From assembly GCA_021298015.1 (NCBI GenBank), contig JAJTGY010000013.1, positions 15,445 through 79,444 on the forward strand: DNA of 64,000 nucleotides, written 5' to 3'. Origin of the DNA: Flammeovirgaceae bacterium (GTDB lineage Bacteria; Bacteroidota; Bacteroidia; Cytophagales; Cyclobacteriaceae). Below are positions 35,318-45,641 of this stretch, in pieces (within the stretch, counting starts at the first letter, position 1; each line of letters opens with the position of its first letter). Below the pieces are notes generated by a model. That model saw only the letters and a list, made by a program, of their open reading frames with translations. It did no database searches and was not told where the DNA came from. A program made the position numbers and the translations under genes.

Positions 35318-38188
35318 TCAGCGGCCGTTCTCGGCACAATATCGGAAAATCGACTGGTAGAGGACGTCCTGAATACGGGGACGGATATTGGCACTTAATA
35401 GTCTGTTGTTGTTCATATCCGGGTGTACCCGGTTCGACAAGAAGATATAGACCAGCTCAAACTCCGGGTCAACCCAGATGCAGGTGCCGGTAAACCCCGT
35501 GTGCCCAAACGTGCGCGGTGACGCGTACGCTGACGTGGGCCCCGTGTAATCACCCGGGGTTGATTTATCCCAGCCAATCCCTCTTCGGCTGTTGTCGTAT
35601 TGCCGGGCCGCGAAGCGATCAATCGTTTCGGGTTTGAAATAGGTTTGTCCGGCATAGGCTCCGCGCTGCAACCACATTTGCCCCAGTTTGGCCAGATCAA
35701 TGGCGGTGCCGAACAGTCCCGCATGTCCGGCCACCCCTCCGTGCATGGCAGCCCCCTGGTCATGCACATAACCGGTAAGCAAGCTTTTTCGAAATAGTTT
35801 GTCGTTCTCTGTTGGGGCGATGCGTGAGGCGGGAAATCGCTGCACGGGTAGGTAGCCCAGCGTGGAGGCTCCGAGTGGTTCGTACAGGTTCTGGGCGAGA
35901 AAATCCTCCATCGGCTGGTTGAGCAGGTTATCGGCCAGGTGCTGAAGAATGTAAAAACCCATGTCGCTGTAGCGGTAGTCGTGGGGTGTGCGCGTAGGTT
36001 TTTCGCGAACGCGTGCTTTTTGAATCCACACCCACAAACTGTCTTTCATGTCTTTTGAGGCAAACAGGTTAGTCGCAACCGGAAACGGGTAGTCCGCAGA
36101 AGCTTCCCTGCGGTAGTATTCAGGCAGATGAGCGGAGTCCTTCATCGTCTGTACCCAAAAGGGCAAGAATGGCCAGAGACCCGCCTGGTGGGTCAGAATA
36201 TCTTTCAGCGTGAAGTCTTTCTTGTTGGTTGATTTCAATTCAGGCAGATAGACCGATGCCTTTTTATACAGGTCAATTACGCCACGCTCCTCCAGGAATA
36301 AAGTTGTTTGCAACGAAGCCGATATTTTCGTCACGGATGCCAGGTCATAGATGGTTTCGGACGTTACCGGAATGTTTTGGTCGTAGGTCAGGTATCCATA
36401 GCTGCGATCAACCACTACCTTGCCGTTTCGCACGGCCAAGACGCGGCAACCGGGTGTAGCACCGCGCGCAATAGCCTCGGCTGCGATGTGGTCAATCTCG
36501 CACAGTGTCGGGCTGTCCATGCCTTCGGCTTCCGGTTCGGTGTGAGCCATTCGGCCAATCGGTTCAAGGCGAAGACCCGCACCGAGGGGGCGGTCGGTAC
36601 TCAATTCAAAAGGCAACTGCCCGCGGGCGGGCCGTGCCCCGAAAACAATTTCAGCCGCACCCTGAACACTTAATGGGTCATCTGAATACGTGAGTAGGGT
36701 GGTGGCCCGACAGGCGGAGGTTACAGCCGGGTCGGTAAAGTTGATCATGACCACGGTTTTGCCCGCGGCCATCCAGTCATGGGCATAGGCGGTCAGCGAT
36801 GAGCCAATGGTTTCGCCACCGGGAAAAAGGCCGATGATGATCACGTCATATTTTTTGCCTTGCCCTGCAAGGGTGGCTGTGTCGCGTAGGGTTTGCAGAA
36901 AGAACGGATCGACCTGTACAAAGTCATTCAATGCCAGGTGAAAAAAGGTCTTGTTGCCGGAGCCCGCGGCTACGTGCATGAATTTTTTTTCCTCCAGCGT
37001 GGCGATCGGCAGTGTTTCCGGGTTCCCGCCAATCACCGTGATGGCTTGCTTGAAAATTTCCTGGCGCAGCCATCGGTCCTCACCGGTGTTGATGTCGCCC
37101 GGCAGGTTGGTGGCCTCAACTGCGGGCTTCACATTCAACCCGGCACGGAACTTGGCGATGAGTATTTTTTTGACGCTTCCTTCAAGGCGGCTTTGCAGAT
37201 TTTTATTTCGTCTGATCAGGCGCGTGAGTTGTCGCAGGGTGCGCGCGGGTTGGTTCGGGTTTACCAGCAAATCGTAGCCTGCTTCCAATGCCATCGCTTC
37301 CGCTTTGCCGGCCTTGGCCTGCCCGGTCACGGTCGATAAGAACGGCATATCGGCCACGATCAACCCCGAAAAATTCATACGCTGCTTCAACAACTCGCCA
37401 ACAAACAACTGCGAGGCGGCTGCGGGCACGGCTTTCGTTTTTCCCTGCACTGAAAAATGCAGGTTAGCCGTGTGTATGCCGCTGAGCCCCTGCTTGATCA
37501 GTTCCCGGTAGGCGAAAAAAATGCTGGTGTCGAGCCGGGTAAGATCCAGCACCGCTGAATTGTCCTCGAGGCTGGGATAGGAGTGGGCATCGTGCGTGGC
37601 AATGGCCAGGATACCCGCAGCCTGCAACCCCGTCATCCAGGCGCTGGCCCTGGAAGCGGTTCGTTCCTTTTGCGTGCTGAAAAAATTTTGCAACCCGGGA
37701 TAGTCCAGTTGTTCAAGGTCGAAACCGGCCTGGGGCCCGAGCGCGAAATGCATACCCAGGCGTTTCAAATGCTGGCCGGTTCGTTTTCCGGCCAGGTGTA
37801 CCAGGCTGTCCGAAGGCAAGGCTCCAAACTGAAGAGGCTTACCAAACACCAGGGCGCTGTCCAGTGTCTGTCCTGGTCCCCAGGCAGCGCCCATACCCAC
37901 CAGCAGCGGCACGCGGGCCGTTCGTTGTAACTCAGTAATTTTTTTTGTGTGACTCCGCGGCCCGCCTTGCGTTATCAAAATAGCACCGGGCTTTACCTGC
38001 TGAAATAATTGGCGCGTGTCAACCCAATTGGTTGTATTCGTGGCTGCCGGTAAAACCAATAGTTGGGCCACCCGTTCGGTTAACGAAAGGGTGTTATACA
38101 CGCTATCGGCCCACTGGTTTGCCCGCTGGGCTTCCACCGGCCAGGTGAAAAGAGAGGCGACCACTGAAAAAATGAGGCAACGGAGCAT
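35318..38188 (-). CDS. fusion protein: GH3 (NagZ-like) N-terminal domain plus serine beta-lactamase/PBP-like C-terminal domain
   Basis: About 956 aa from MLRCLIFSVV (signal peptide). The GH3-like N-half contains LLVGMGAAWG. The C-half has YDLASVTKI (SxxK) and HTGFTGT (the KTG-equivalent motif). Confidence 0.75.
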   Translation of the reverse strand: MLRCLIFSVVASLFTWPVEAQRANQWADSVYNTLSLTERVAQLLVLPAATNTTNWVDTRQLFQQVKPGAILITQGGPRSHTKKITELQRTARVPLLVGMGAAWGPGQTLDSALVFGKPLQFGALPSDSLVHLAGKRTGQHLKRLGMHFALGPQAGFDLEQLDYPGLQNFFSTQKERTASRASAWMTGLQAAGILAIATHDAHSYPSLEDNSAVLDLTRLDTSIFFAYRELIKQGLSGIHTANLHFSVQGKTKAVPAAASQLFVGELLKQRMNFSGLIVADMPFLSTVTGQAKAGKAEAMALEAGYDLLVNPNQPARTLRQLTRLIRRNKNLQSRLEGSVKKILIAKFRAGLNVKPAVEATNLPGDINTGEDRWLRQEIFKQAITVIGGNPETLPIATLEEKKFMHVAAGSGNKTFFHLALNDFVQVDPFFLQTLRDTATLAGQGKKYDVIIIGLFPGGETIGSSLTAYAHDWMAAGKTVVMINFTDPAVTSACRATTLLTYSDDPLSVQGAAEIVFGARPARGQLPFELSTDRPLGAGLRLEPIGRMAHTEPEAEGMDSPTLCEIDHIAAEAIARGATPGCRVLAVRNGKVVVDRSYGYLTYDQNIPVTSETIYDLASVTKISASLQTTLFLEERGVIDLYKKASVYLPELKSTNKKDFTLKDILTHQAGLWPFLPFWVQTMKDSAHLPEYYRREASADYPFPVATNLFASKDMKDSLWVWIQKARVREKPTRTPHDYRYSDMGFYILQHLADNLLNQPMEDFLAQNLYEPLGASTLGYLPVQRFPASRIAPTENDKLFRKSLLTGYVHDQGAAMHGGVAGHAGLFGTAIDLAKLGQMWLQRGAYAGQTYFKPETIDRFAARQYDNSRRGIGWDKSTPGDYTGPTSAYASPRTFGHTGFTGTCIWVDPEFELVYIFLSNRVHPDMNNNRLLSANIRPRIQDVLYQSIFRYCAENGR

Positions 38189-38300
38189 GGGTGCGGGCCG
38201 TGTTTTAGTTATTGAATAGTTATCGTCAACTTTGAACCTTGTAAAGATACGACTACCGGTCAGCGTTGACGCGTTTGAAGTTGGATTTAAACCGAGAAGT

Positions 38301-38684
38301 ATGAAATTCCTGTCCTTATTCACCAAAGTACCCGAGCACCAGCGGTTCAACTACGTGCCGCGCTATTACGATCCCAAGAAAGAGGAAATGCAGGAGCGGG
38401 TAGCACGTATCAAACGCGAAGTGGAGCTTGAAAAAGGCATGGCCCGTGAGAACGAGGCCAATGATCACCGCAGGCGCATGGCTGGCGCCTTTCAAGCCAG
38501 CCGAAGACGGACACAAAATGCACCCGATTTGCAAACGCCACTGTTGCGACTGGGCATATTGCTATTCCTGGCTGTATTTCTGATTGCCTACCTGACGTGG
38601 GGCAAGCCCGTGTTGTATAGTTTGTTAGCCGTAGTTCCCCTGTACTTTTATCTGCGGCTCAAGTTGCTGAAACGAAAATCCTGA
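38301..38684 (+). CDS. hypothetical membrane protein
   Basis: 127 aa from MKFLSLFTKVPEHQRFNYVPRYYDP. The middle is charged and there are two C-terminal TM helices. The start is moved off the overlap with the divergent gene. Confidence 0.55.
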   Translation: MKFLSLFTKVPEHQRFNYVPRYYDPKKEEMQERVARIKREVELEKGMARENEANDHRRRMAGAFQASRRRTQNAPDLQTPLLRLGILLFLAVFLIAYLTWGKPVLYSLLAVVPLYFYLRLKLLKRKS

Positions 38685-38692
38685 GCGGCACA

Positions 38693-40489
38693 ATGCCTGA
38701 TATCATTCAGCTATTACCCGATTCCATCGCCAACCAAATTGCGGCTGGCGAGGTTGTGCAGCGGCCGGCCTCGGCAGTCAAAGAGCTGATGGAAAATTCG
38801 CTCGATGCCGGAGCCACCCGCATCCGGTTGATCGTGCGCGAAGCCGGCAAGTCACTGATACAAATTGTGGATGATGGCTCGGGCATGAGCGCAACCGATG
38901 CGCGCATGAGCCTCGAACGCCATGCCACGTCCAAAATCCGGACAGCCGATGATCTCTTTCGGATTCGTACGATGGGTTTTCGGGGTGAGGCCCTCGCCTC
39001 CATTGCGGCTGTGTCGCAAATGGAGATGAAAACGCGGCAGGCGCACGAAGAACTGGGCACCTTGATTTTAGTGGAAGGCAGCGAAGTGAAGAAGCAGGAG
39101 TCGGTGGCGTGTGAGAAAGGCACGAGCATTAGCGTTAAGAACCTCTTTTATAATATTCCAGCCCGCAGAAATTTTTTGAAGAGCGTGCCCGTGGAAATGC
39201 GCCACGTTACGGATGAATTCCAACGGCTGGCACTGGCGAATGCCGAGGTAGCTTTTTCGCTCTGGAATGGGGAAGAGCTGATGTACGACTTGCCCGCGGC
39301 CAAACTGCAGCAACGCATTGTGGGCCTGTTTGGCAAAGCGTATCAACAACAATTGGCACATTGCGAGGCGGAAGTAACGATGGTTAAAGTGCAGGGCTTT
39401 GTTGGCCGGCCGGAGTCCGCCCGAAAGACGCGGGGCGAACAATTCCTGTTTGTCAATAATCGGTTCATCCGCAACAATTATCTGCATCATGCCGTGATGA
39501 ATGCCTTCGAAGGGTTGCTGCCCGACAATAGCTTTCCCTTCTACGTACTCTTTATTGAAATCGACCCCAAGCACGTGGACGTCAATGTGCACCCGACCAA
39601 AACGGAAGTGAAATTTGACGATGAGCGAGCGGTGTATGCAGTAGTACGGGCGGCCGTCAAGCAGGGTTTAGGCACCCATAATCTGGTACCGGCACTGGAT
39701 TTTTCGGCTGATGTTAACCTGGTCCAGAAGCTGCAGTCGGGCGGAAGTGCCGGTCGTGATGTTTTTTATGAAGAGCAGTGGGGAAGTTTGCAGCAACGGA
39801 ATCTGAAGAACTGGGAACAACTGTATGAGCGCGAAGGGGGCGACAGCCGCCTTGCCTTTCCGGAACAAAAGCCGGAGATGTCGCCTCCGCGGGCAGAAGC
39901 GCCCATGGGCGGCCCGGGTACGCCCGATTCGACACCGGCCTTTCAGTTTCAGCAAAAATACATTGTATGGCCGGTAGCAGAGGGGCTTATGCTGATTGAT
40001 CAGGAAGCCGCCCACGAGCGGATCTTGTATGAAAAATTCCAGCAGCACCTGCGCAACCGGTCTGGCGCAAGTCAACAATCATTGTTTCCGCAGTCGGTTG
40101 TGCTCGCCCCGGCCGATTTTGCCCTGATCATGGAAATCATGCCGGAGCTGACGGCCCTGGGTTTTCGTCTCGAAGAATTTGGAAAGAACACGGTGCTGGT
40201 TACCGGCATTCCGGTGGATGGCACCGCGCACGAAAAGCACTTGCTGGATGGTTTGTTGGAGCAATTCAAGAGCAACCAGTCAACCCTGCAGTTACCGGTG
40301 GGCGATAATCTGGCACGGTCGTTGGCGAGGCGCACCGGCATACGGCCGGGCCAGAAACTGGGTGCTACGGAAATAAATTCGTTGGTTACGCGACTCTTTC
40401 AATGTGCGGCTCCTTCGCTGGCGGCTGACGGGCGTCCAACCTTTTTCATTTTGGATACGTCTAAAATCGAGCGATATTTTGGCCGATAA
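38693..40489 (+). CDS. mutL: DNA mismatch repair protein MutL
   Basis: 598 aa. IQLLPDSIANQIAAGEVVQRPASAVKELMENSLDAG and the IVDDGSGM GHKL ATPase motifs are present. Confidence 0.97.
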   Translation: MPDIIQLLPDSIANQIAAGEVVQRPASAVKELMENSLDAGATRIRLIVREAGKSLIQIVDDGSGMSATDARMSLERHATSKIRTADDLFRIRTMGFRGEALASIAAVSQMEMKTRQAHEELGTLILVEGSEVKKQESVACEKGTSISVKNLFYNIPARRNFLKSVPVEMRHVTDEFQRLALANAEVAFSLWNGEELMYDLPAAKLQQRIVGLFGKAYQQQLAHCEAEVTMVKVQGFVGRPESARKTRGEQFLFVNNRFIRNNYLHHAVMNAFEGLLPDNSFPFYVLFIEIDPKHVDVNVHPTKTEVKFDDERAVYAVVRAAVKQGLGTHNLVPALDFSADVNLVQKLQSGGSAGRDVFYEEQWGSLQQRNLKNWEQLYEREGGDSRLAFPEQKPEMSPPRAEAPMGGPGTPDSTPAFQFQQKYIVWPVAEGLMLIDQEAAHERILYEKFQQHLRNRSGASQQSLFPQSVVLAPADFALIMEIMPELTALGFRLEEFGKNTVLVTGIPVDGTAHEKHLLDGLLEQFKSNQSTLQLPVGDNLARSLARRTGIRPGQKLGATEINSLVTRLFQCAAPSLAADGRPTFFILDTSKIERYFGR

Positions 40490-40498
40490 AACCTCTGC

Positions 40499-41083
40499 AT
40501 GTTTCGAGTTACCCCACTAGTTCGCAATCTGATCATCATTAATGTGGTGGTCTACCTTATTCAGTTGTTACTTCCCATTTCAACTTATTTTCTGGCGCTG
40601 TACGACATGAATTCGGAATACTTCCGGCCGTACCAGTTTTTTACGTACATGTTTGCGCACGATAGTCATGGATTCCTCCATATTTTTTTCAACATGCTGG
40701 CCTTGGCTTCCTTCGCCCCCATCCTGGAGAGTTATTGGGGCGACAAACGATTTCTCTTTTTCTATCTGGCGTGCGGCATTGGGGCAGGCCTGATTTATGC
40801 CGTTGTGAATTACTTTCTTTTCCCCGGTGCAGGTGGAATCATGCTGGGGGCATCGGGCGCACTTTATGGTATCCTCATGGCATTTGGTTTGGTATTCCCC
40901 AATTTGGAACTGATGTTGCTCTTTCCGCCTATTCCCATTAAAGCCAAATACATGGTTTTTGTGATTGGTTTTTTAACGTACCTGATGGATCGCAGCGGCA
41001 CGGTGGCTCACCTGGCTCACTTTGGCGGAGCTTTGGTAGCCTTTTTTATTATCCAGTATTGGCGAACACAAGGTGGCCGGTAA
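40499..41083 (+). CDS. rhomboid-family intramembrane serine protease
   Basis: 194 aa with LGASGALYG (catalytic Ser) and AHFGGALV (catalytic His). Confidence 0.85.
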   Translation: MFRVTPLVRNLIIINVVVYLIQLLLPISTYFLALYDMNSEYFRPYQFFTYMFAHDSHGFLHIFFNMLALASFAPILESYWGDKRFLFFYLACGIGAGLIYAVVNYFLFPGAGGIMLGASGALYGILMAFGLVFPNLELMLLFPPIPIKAKYMVFVIGFLTYLMDRSGTVAHLAHFGGALVAFFIIQYWRTQGGR

Positions 41084-41099
41084 CCGTTAACGTAGTATC

Positions 41100-41993
41100 G
41101 TGCTCGAGGAATTTAAAAACGCATTTAACCGGCCCAACAACGCCCACGTTCAGTTGATCATGATCAACGTGGTCATTTATTTGTTTTTGGTGATCGCGTT
41201 TGTTTTGACCACAGTGGCCAAATCCGAGGCGATCTTTGGTTACATACACGATGTGTTTGCTATCCCACCGCTGGCAGTTGATTTCATCAAACGCCCGTGG
41301 ACGCTGATAACCTATGCTTTTGCCCATGATTGGACGGGTATCCTTCACATCTTGTTCAACATGCTGGCGCTGTACTGGTTCGGCAAGTTGTTCATTGAAT
41401 ACCTCGGCAACGACAAACTGATTGCAGTATATGTGCTGGGTGCGCTGGCCGGAGGAGTCTTGTATCTGCTGATCTTCAACAGTATTCCCTATTTCCATGA
41501 ACGCAGCGATTTCCCCGGGATGGTGGGCGCGTCTGCGGCTGTGTATGCGGTGATGGTAGCCACAGCCACGCTGCTTCCGGATTATACCTTTTTCCTGTTG
41601 TTCTTTGGCCCTGTTCGAATCAAATACATCGTGCTTGTATACATTGTGATCTCCTTTATCGGTTCGGTGGGATACAACGCGGGTGGCAACATCGCCCACC
41701 TGGGCGGGGCGTTGATTGGGTTCATTTATACCCGGCAACTGCAGGTAGGCGTTAACTGGGGAGGTTGGATAACCGCAGTCCTGGATGGCATCAAATCGCT
41801 GTTTTCGCCCAAGCCCAAAGTCAAGGTAACGTACCGCAGCACCACAAAAGAGGCACCGAAGAAATCACGGTCGGCATCAACAGCCAGCCAGGCGGAGATT
41901 GACGCCATTTTAGACAAGATTTCGGATAAGGGATATGAGAGCCTCACGAAGGAAGAGAAGGAAAAACTCTTCAATGCGAGCAAAAAGCAGTAA
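41100..41993 (+). CDS. rhomboid-family intramembrane serine protease with a C-terminal extension
   Basis: 297 aa with a GTG start. VGASAAVYAV, AHLGGALIG and a charged C-terminal tail of about 70 aa are present. Confidence 0.85.
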   Translation: MLEEFKNAFNRPNNAHVQLIMINVVIYLFLVIAFVLTTVAKSEAIFGYIHDVFAIPPLAVDFIKRPWTLITYAFAHDWTGILHILFNMLALYWFGKLFIEYLGNDKLIAVYVLGALAGGVLYLLIFNSIPYFHERSDFPGMVGASAAVYAVMVATATLLPDYTFFLLFFGPVRIKYIVLVYIVISFIGSVGYNAGGNIAHLGGALIGFIYTRQLQVGVNWGGWITAVLDGIKSLFSPKPKVKVTYRSTTKEAPKKSRSASTASQAEIDAILDKISDKGYESLTKEEKEKLFNASKKQ

Positions 41994-42028
41994 CTCCCGT
42001 TGAGTTCGCGCAAAGGCGGTTCTCACAT

Positions 42029-43903
42029 TCACTTACAATTTTCGCAAAACGTCCGCTTCAAAAATTCATCTTCCAGCAATTGGAACGAGATGCCGCCTTG
42101 TGAAGACGAGTCGAAGAGGCTACAAAAGCGCGCGCGGTTTTCGTTCACGGCATTCAGCATGATGGTGCGGTAGCCGGCCTGGGCAGTGGCCGCTTTCTTA
42201 TAGATGGTCAAGCTCAGGTAATAAAAAACCAGATCTTCGCTGGCATCCAACGCCCGGGCCCGGTTTTGCAACATGCGCACCGCCCAGTCAAACTTACTGT
42301 AATGCGAAAAGTATTTGGCAAGGTTAACCAGATCGGCATCGGCCAGTTTCAGTGGCTGGTAGGCCTGGAAAATAAACATCAGGGCTTTGTCTTTGGCCGC
42401 GTAGTTTTGTTTGCGCATGTGCACTTCCGATAAAATGATGTGGTAGTTGATCAGCAGCCGCCTGACCAGCGGGTCGGGTATGCCTTTGTTTCGCAGGGCT
42501 TCGATATCCCTTCGCAACGTAGGCGGCTCGGTCAGTAAATCCGTCATCACCCACGCGCGCATACGCAGCGCGCACAGGTTGAAGAGAATTTGCGGGTTGC
42601 CGGGCATCAGTTTGTTCAATCGCTCAAAGGCAAGAGTGGCTTCGGCCAGGTTGGTAAATTCGCGATCGAACAGGTAGGCAGCGTTGTTGATTAACAGGCG
42701 CCCGAACTCCAAGGATTCCGGGACCTCAAGTTCGTGCAAAAACTGTTCAGGTAGTTCCTGCCGGCCTAACTTGTGGAAAATGATCTGCTGTAAGTAGACG
42801 GCCTCTTCCACATCCTTTTCGGCCAATACCTGGCGAAAATATTTCTTCAACTCAGCCGGATCGTTTTCGCGGTAATTCAGTCGCTTCTCCAGCCGAATGT
42901 CCACGATCGCTTTACGGTGCTTTTGCAAAATCGGCTCGAGGCGGGCCTGCCATTCCGGGGCGCTTAGCTTTTCCTTGATTTCATCTTTGCTGAGCGAACC
43001 CCACGAAGCATACGGTGCCTTTTGAATGTCGGTAAGAAATTCAACCCAGTTTTCCATAGCTGAGACCTCAGCCTGAATTTTTTCGGATTGATACCCTTGC
43101 AGAATGTTGATCATACTTTGAGCGCGCTGATTCTGCAGTTCGATATTCCGCTCAAGTGAACCTTCTACCGATGTGTATGCCCGAATTTGAATGGAGGTAA
43201 TGGCATAGTCGGTCATGCGCAGCGAATCCACCAGCGGCTGAATGTCGGCTGGCTTGTATTCCGCCTTGTCTTTTTCGAAGGGAACCACGGCATGAATGGT
43301 TTTCGAAAGTTCCTTGAACTTTTCCGTCAACACCTCGCGGCTCAGCGTGTCGTAGTAAAGCCCCATGCGCAACAATTTCCAACCCTGGTAATCAAGATTG
43401 ACTACGGCCGTGTACTGACACAAATTTCTGTTCTCGAGAATGAGGTAGTTGGGCTCCACATTTTCGGACCGAAATCCCGGAGGTAATTTGCCCACACCTG
43501 TCAGGGTCATGCCATCGGGCGACACGCGTGTACGCCTGAACAGTTCATTCCGGTAGACGGGAGGCAACAAAAATCCGCGATGCGAAAAGGAAACAGGTTT
43601 CACCGAAGGTTGACCGCAGGCATATTGTTCCTGTTGCACGAGGTCAATGGCGATGCCGTCATTTTTTCCGGTGAATAACTCCTGGAACCAACGCACATCG
43701 TTGAGCATGATGTACACGCTATCATGTTGAATGACGGTGCTGAAGCGCACATCCGGAGGCATCTGCCGCATCACCCGGTTGCTTTGCTCGCAATCGCGCG
43801 CCATATTTTTCCCAGGATTCCGGATGTCGTAATCCGTGCGATTGACTTGTTGGGCGGCCAACAGGTGAGGAATAATCAGGAGCAAAAACAGAGAACGCAT
43901 CAA
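42029..43903 (-). CDS. hypothetical secreted protein with a helical-repeat C-terminal half
   Basis: 624 aa with a signal peptide. One segment, IRAYTSVEGSLERNIELQNQRAQSMINIL, loosely resembles the OmpA-like peptidoglycan-binding motif. Its start overlaps the rlmN stop (ATGA). Confidence 0.6.
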   Translation of the reverse strand: MMRSLFLLLIIPHLLAAQQVNRTDYDIRNPGKNMARDCEQSNRVMRQMPPDVRFSTVIQHDSVYIMLNDVRWFQELFTGKNDGIAIDLVQQEQYACGQPSVKPVSFSHRGFLLPPVYRNELFRRTRVSPDGMTLTGVGKLPPGFRSENVEPNYLILENRNLCQYTAVVNLDYQGWKLLRMGLYYDTLSREVLTEKFKELSKTIHAVVPFEKDKAEYKPADIQPLVDSLRMTDYAITSIQIRAYTSVEGSLERNIELQNQRAQSMINILQGYQSEKIQAEVSAMENWVEFLTDIQKAPYASWGSLSKDEIKEKLSAPEWQARLEPILQKHRKAIVDIRLEKRLNYRENDPAELKKYFRQVLAEKDVEEAVYLQQIIFHKLGRQELPEQFLHELEVPESLEFGRLLINNAAYLFDREFTNLAEATLAFERLNKLMPGNPQILFNLCALRMRAWVMTDLLTEPPTLRRDIEALRNKGIPDPLVRRLLINYHIILSEVHMRKQNYAAKDKALMFIFQAYQPLKLADADLVNLAKYFSHYSKFDWAVRMLQNRARALDASEDLVFYYLSLTIYKKAATAQAGYRTIMLNAVNENRARFCSLFDSSSQGGISFQLLEDEFLKRTFCENCK

Positions 43904-44949
43904 AGCGATTTGTTGGCGAGCTGCCCGCAGGCAGCGTCAATGTCTTTGCCGCGGCTTTTTCGAATTCGGGTGGTAATACCGTGACTTTCGAGCAGGTGCT
44001 GGTACATCTGCAACACGTCATCTCCGGCCTGCTGAAACTGCCCCTCATCAATCGGGTTGTATTCGATGAGATTTACTTTGGAGGGTATAACCTGGCAGAA
44101 CTTCAGCAATGCCTGGGCATGTTCAGGTGTGTCGTTGATACCCTTCCAAACAACATACTCGTACGTGACTTTGCGCTTTCGTTTCTTGTACCAATTCCGC
44201 AGCGCATCGGCCAAATCTTCCAGCGGGTTGGTGTCATTAATCGGCATGATGGCCGAGCGGGTCTCGTTAATCGCATCGTGCAGCGACACGGCCAGGTTAA
44301 ACTTCACTTCGTCATCCGCCATCTTACGGATCATTTTCGCAATGCCCACCGTTGAAACGGTAATGCGTTTGGCTGCCATGTTCAGCCCTTTCGGGGAAGT
44401 GATCTTGTCGATCGCTTCGATTACATTGGCGTAATTGAGCAGCGGTTCGCCCATGCCCATAAACACAATGTTGGTGAGCGGACGGCCAAAGAATAATTCG
44501 CTTTGTTCCTTTATGGCCACTACCTGATCATAGATTTCATCGGCATTCAGGTTGCGCATGCGCTTGAGGCGGGCGGTAGCGCAAAATTTACAATCGAGGC
44601 TGCAGCCTACCTGCGAGGATACACACGCGGTGATTCGCTTTTCCGTAGGTATAAGCACCGACTCCACAATTAGCCCATCATGAAGTTTAACGGCATTTTT
44701 AATCGTGCCATCGCTGCTGCGCTGCATGTTGTCCACGTGCACGTGATTAATCACAAAATGCTCGTTCAGCATCTGGCGTGTGGTTACCGACAGGTTCGTC
44801 ATTTCGTCAAACGACTTTGCTGACTTTTTCCACAACCATTCGTACACCTGCTGGGCCCGAAAGGCTTTGTCTCCTTTTTCGACAAAAAAAGCCTTTAACT
44901 CTTCTGGTGAGAGTTTGCGAATATCCCGTTTGGCCGGTGCAGAAACCAT
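43900..44949 (-). CDS. rlmN: 23S rRNA/tRNA adenine-C2 methyltransferase RlmN (radical SAM)
   Basis: FRAQQVYEWLW, the radical-SAM cluster CSLDCKFCAT, and the GMGEPL and C-terminal DIDAACGQL motifs. The start is 44949 or 44967. Confidence 0.93.
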   Translation of the reverse strand: MVSAPAKRDIRKLSPEELKAFFVEKGDKAFRAQQVYEWLWKKSAKSFDEMTNLSVTTRQMLNEHFVINHVHVDNMQRSSDGTIKNAVKLHDGLIVESVLIPTEKRITACVSSQVGCSLDCKFCATARLKRMRNLNADEIYDQVVAIKEQSELFFGRPLTNIVFMGMGEPLLNYANVIEAIDKITSPKGLNMAAKRITVSTVGIAKMIRKMADDEVKFNLAVSLHDAINETRSAIMPINDTNPLEDLADALRNWYKKRKRKVTYEYVVWKGINDTPEHAQALLKFCQVIPSKVNLIEYNPIDEGQFQQAGDDVLQMYQHLLESHGITTRIRKSRGKDIDAACGQLANKSL

Positions 44950-44983
44950 GGCGCAAAGGTAAGACAAACCGCGGGGTGTTGTC

Positions 44984-45433
44984 TTATTTGGTTCGGGTTA
45001 ACGTCTTCGATTCACAGTCCTTGCCCTCCAGGTGGAACCGAAAGGTTGATGAAGTGAGTTCATCCACCCGCAATTTTTGAGTGATAATACCGGACTTCTT
45101 GTCCATTAGCAAAAGTTGGCCATCGCGCAGGGTATATGTAAAGGTGCGCATGGATTCTCCCTTTTTTTGCCCGGCCGCAAAAATGCCTTCTTCGCCTGTC
45201 CCGTTCGATTTAAACCGGATCAGGCGGGCAACGGCCGTGGTGTTCTTGCCGAATTGCTGCAGCAGTTCTTTTTCAGTTTCGGATTCGTTGCCGGTGATTT
45301 CAGATTCAAAACAGGTTTTTTCCTCGGTCACCTGCCAGGTGCCCACCAGCGGGGAGGACTGGCCCCATGCCCATGTTGTGCAAACCATCATCCAACCGAC
45401 TATAAGCGTCTTCATACCCGTGTGTGTTTTCAT
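44984..45433 (-). CDS. small secreted lipocalin-like protein
   Basis: 149 aa with a signal peptide. The LVGTWQV motif and predicted beta-rich sequence fit a lipocalin-like fold. Confidence 0.5.
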   Translation of the reverse strand: MKTHTGMKTLIVGWMMVCTTWAWGQSSPLVGTWQVTEEKTCFESEITGNESETEKELLQQFGKNTTAVARLIRFKSNGTGEEGIFAAGQKKGESMRTFTYTLRDGQLLLMDKKSGIITQKLRVDELTSSTFRFHLEGKDCESKTLTRTK

Positions 45434-45641
45434 CTGTCAATAATTTTCTTTTTTAAGGTCAGATGGAATATCCATGCTCTATTAACATCCTCGTGGGTGC
45501 ACGCAGTGCATGGATATTTCATGTGTTGATCATTTCATTAGTGAGGGCGCATGGAATGGGCCACGTAGTCATTTTGCCAGGTGGAAATCATTTGCATGGC
45601 CATTTCCTAAATTTACGTCTCTTTCCCTTCTGTTTGCAAAA

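Noticed and set aside
40499-41993. Tandem rhomboid protease genes after mutL might be an unusual duplication.
   Set aside because: To my knowledge the mutL-rhomboid-rhomboid arrangement is common in Bacteroidota, and both copies keep the catalytic Ser/His motifs. It is not novel.
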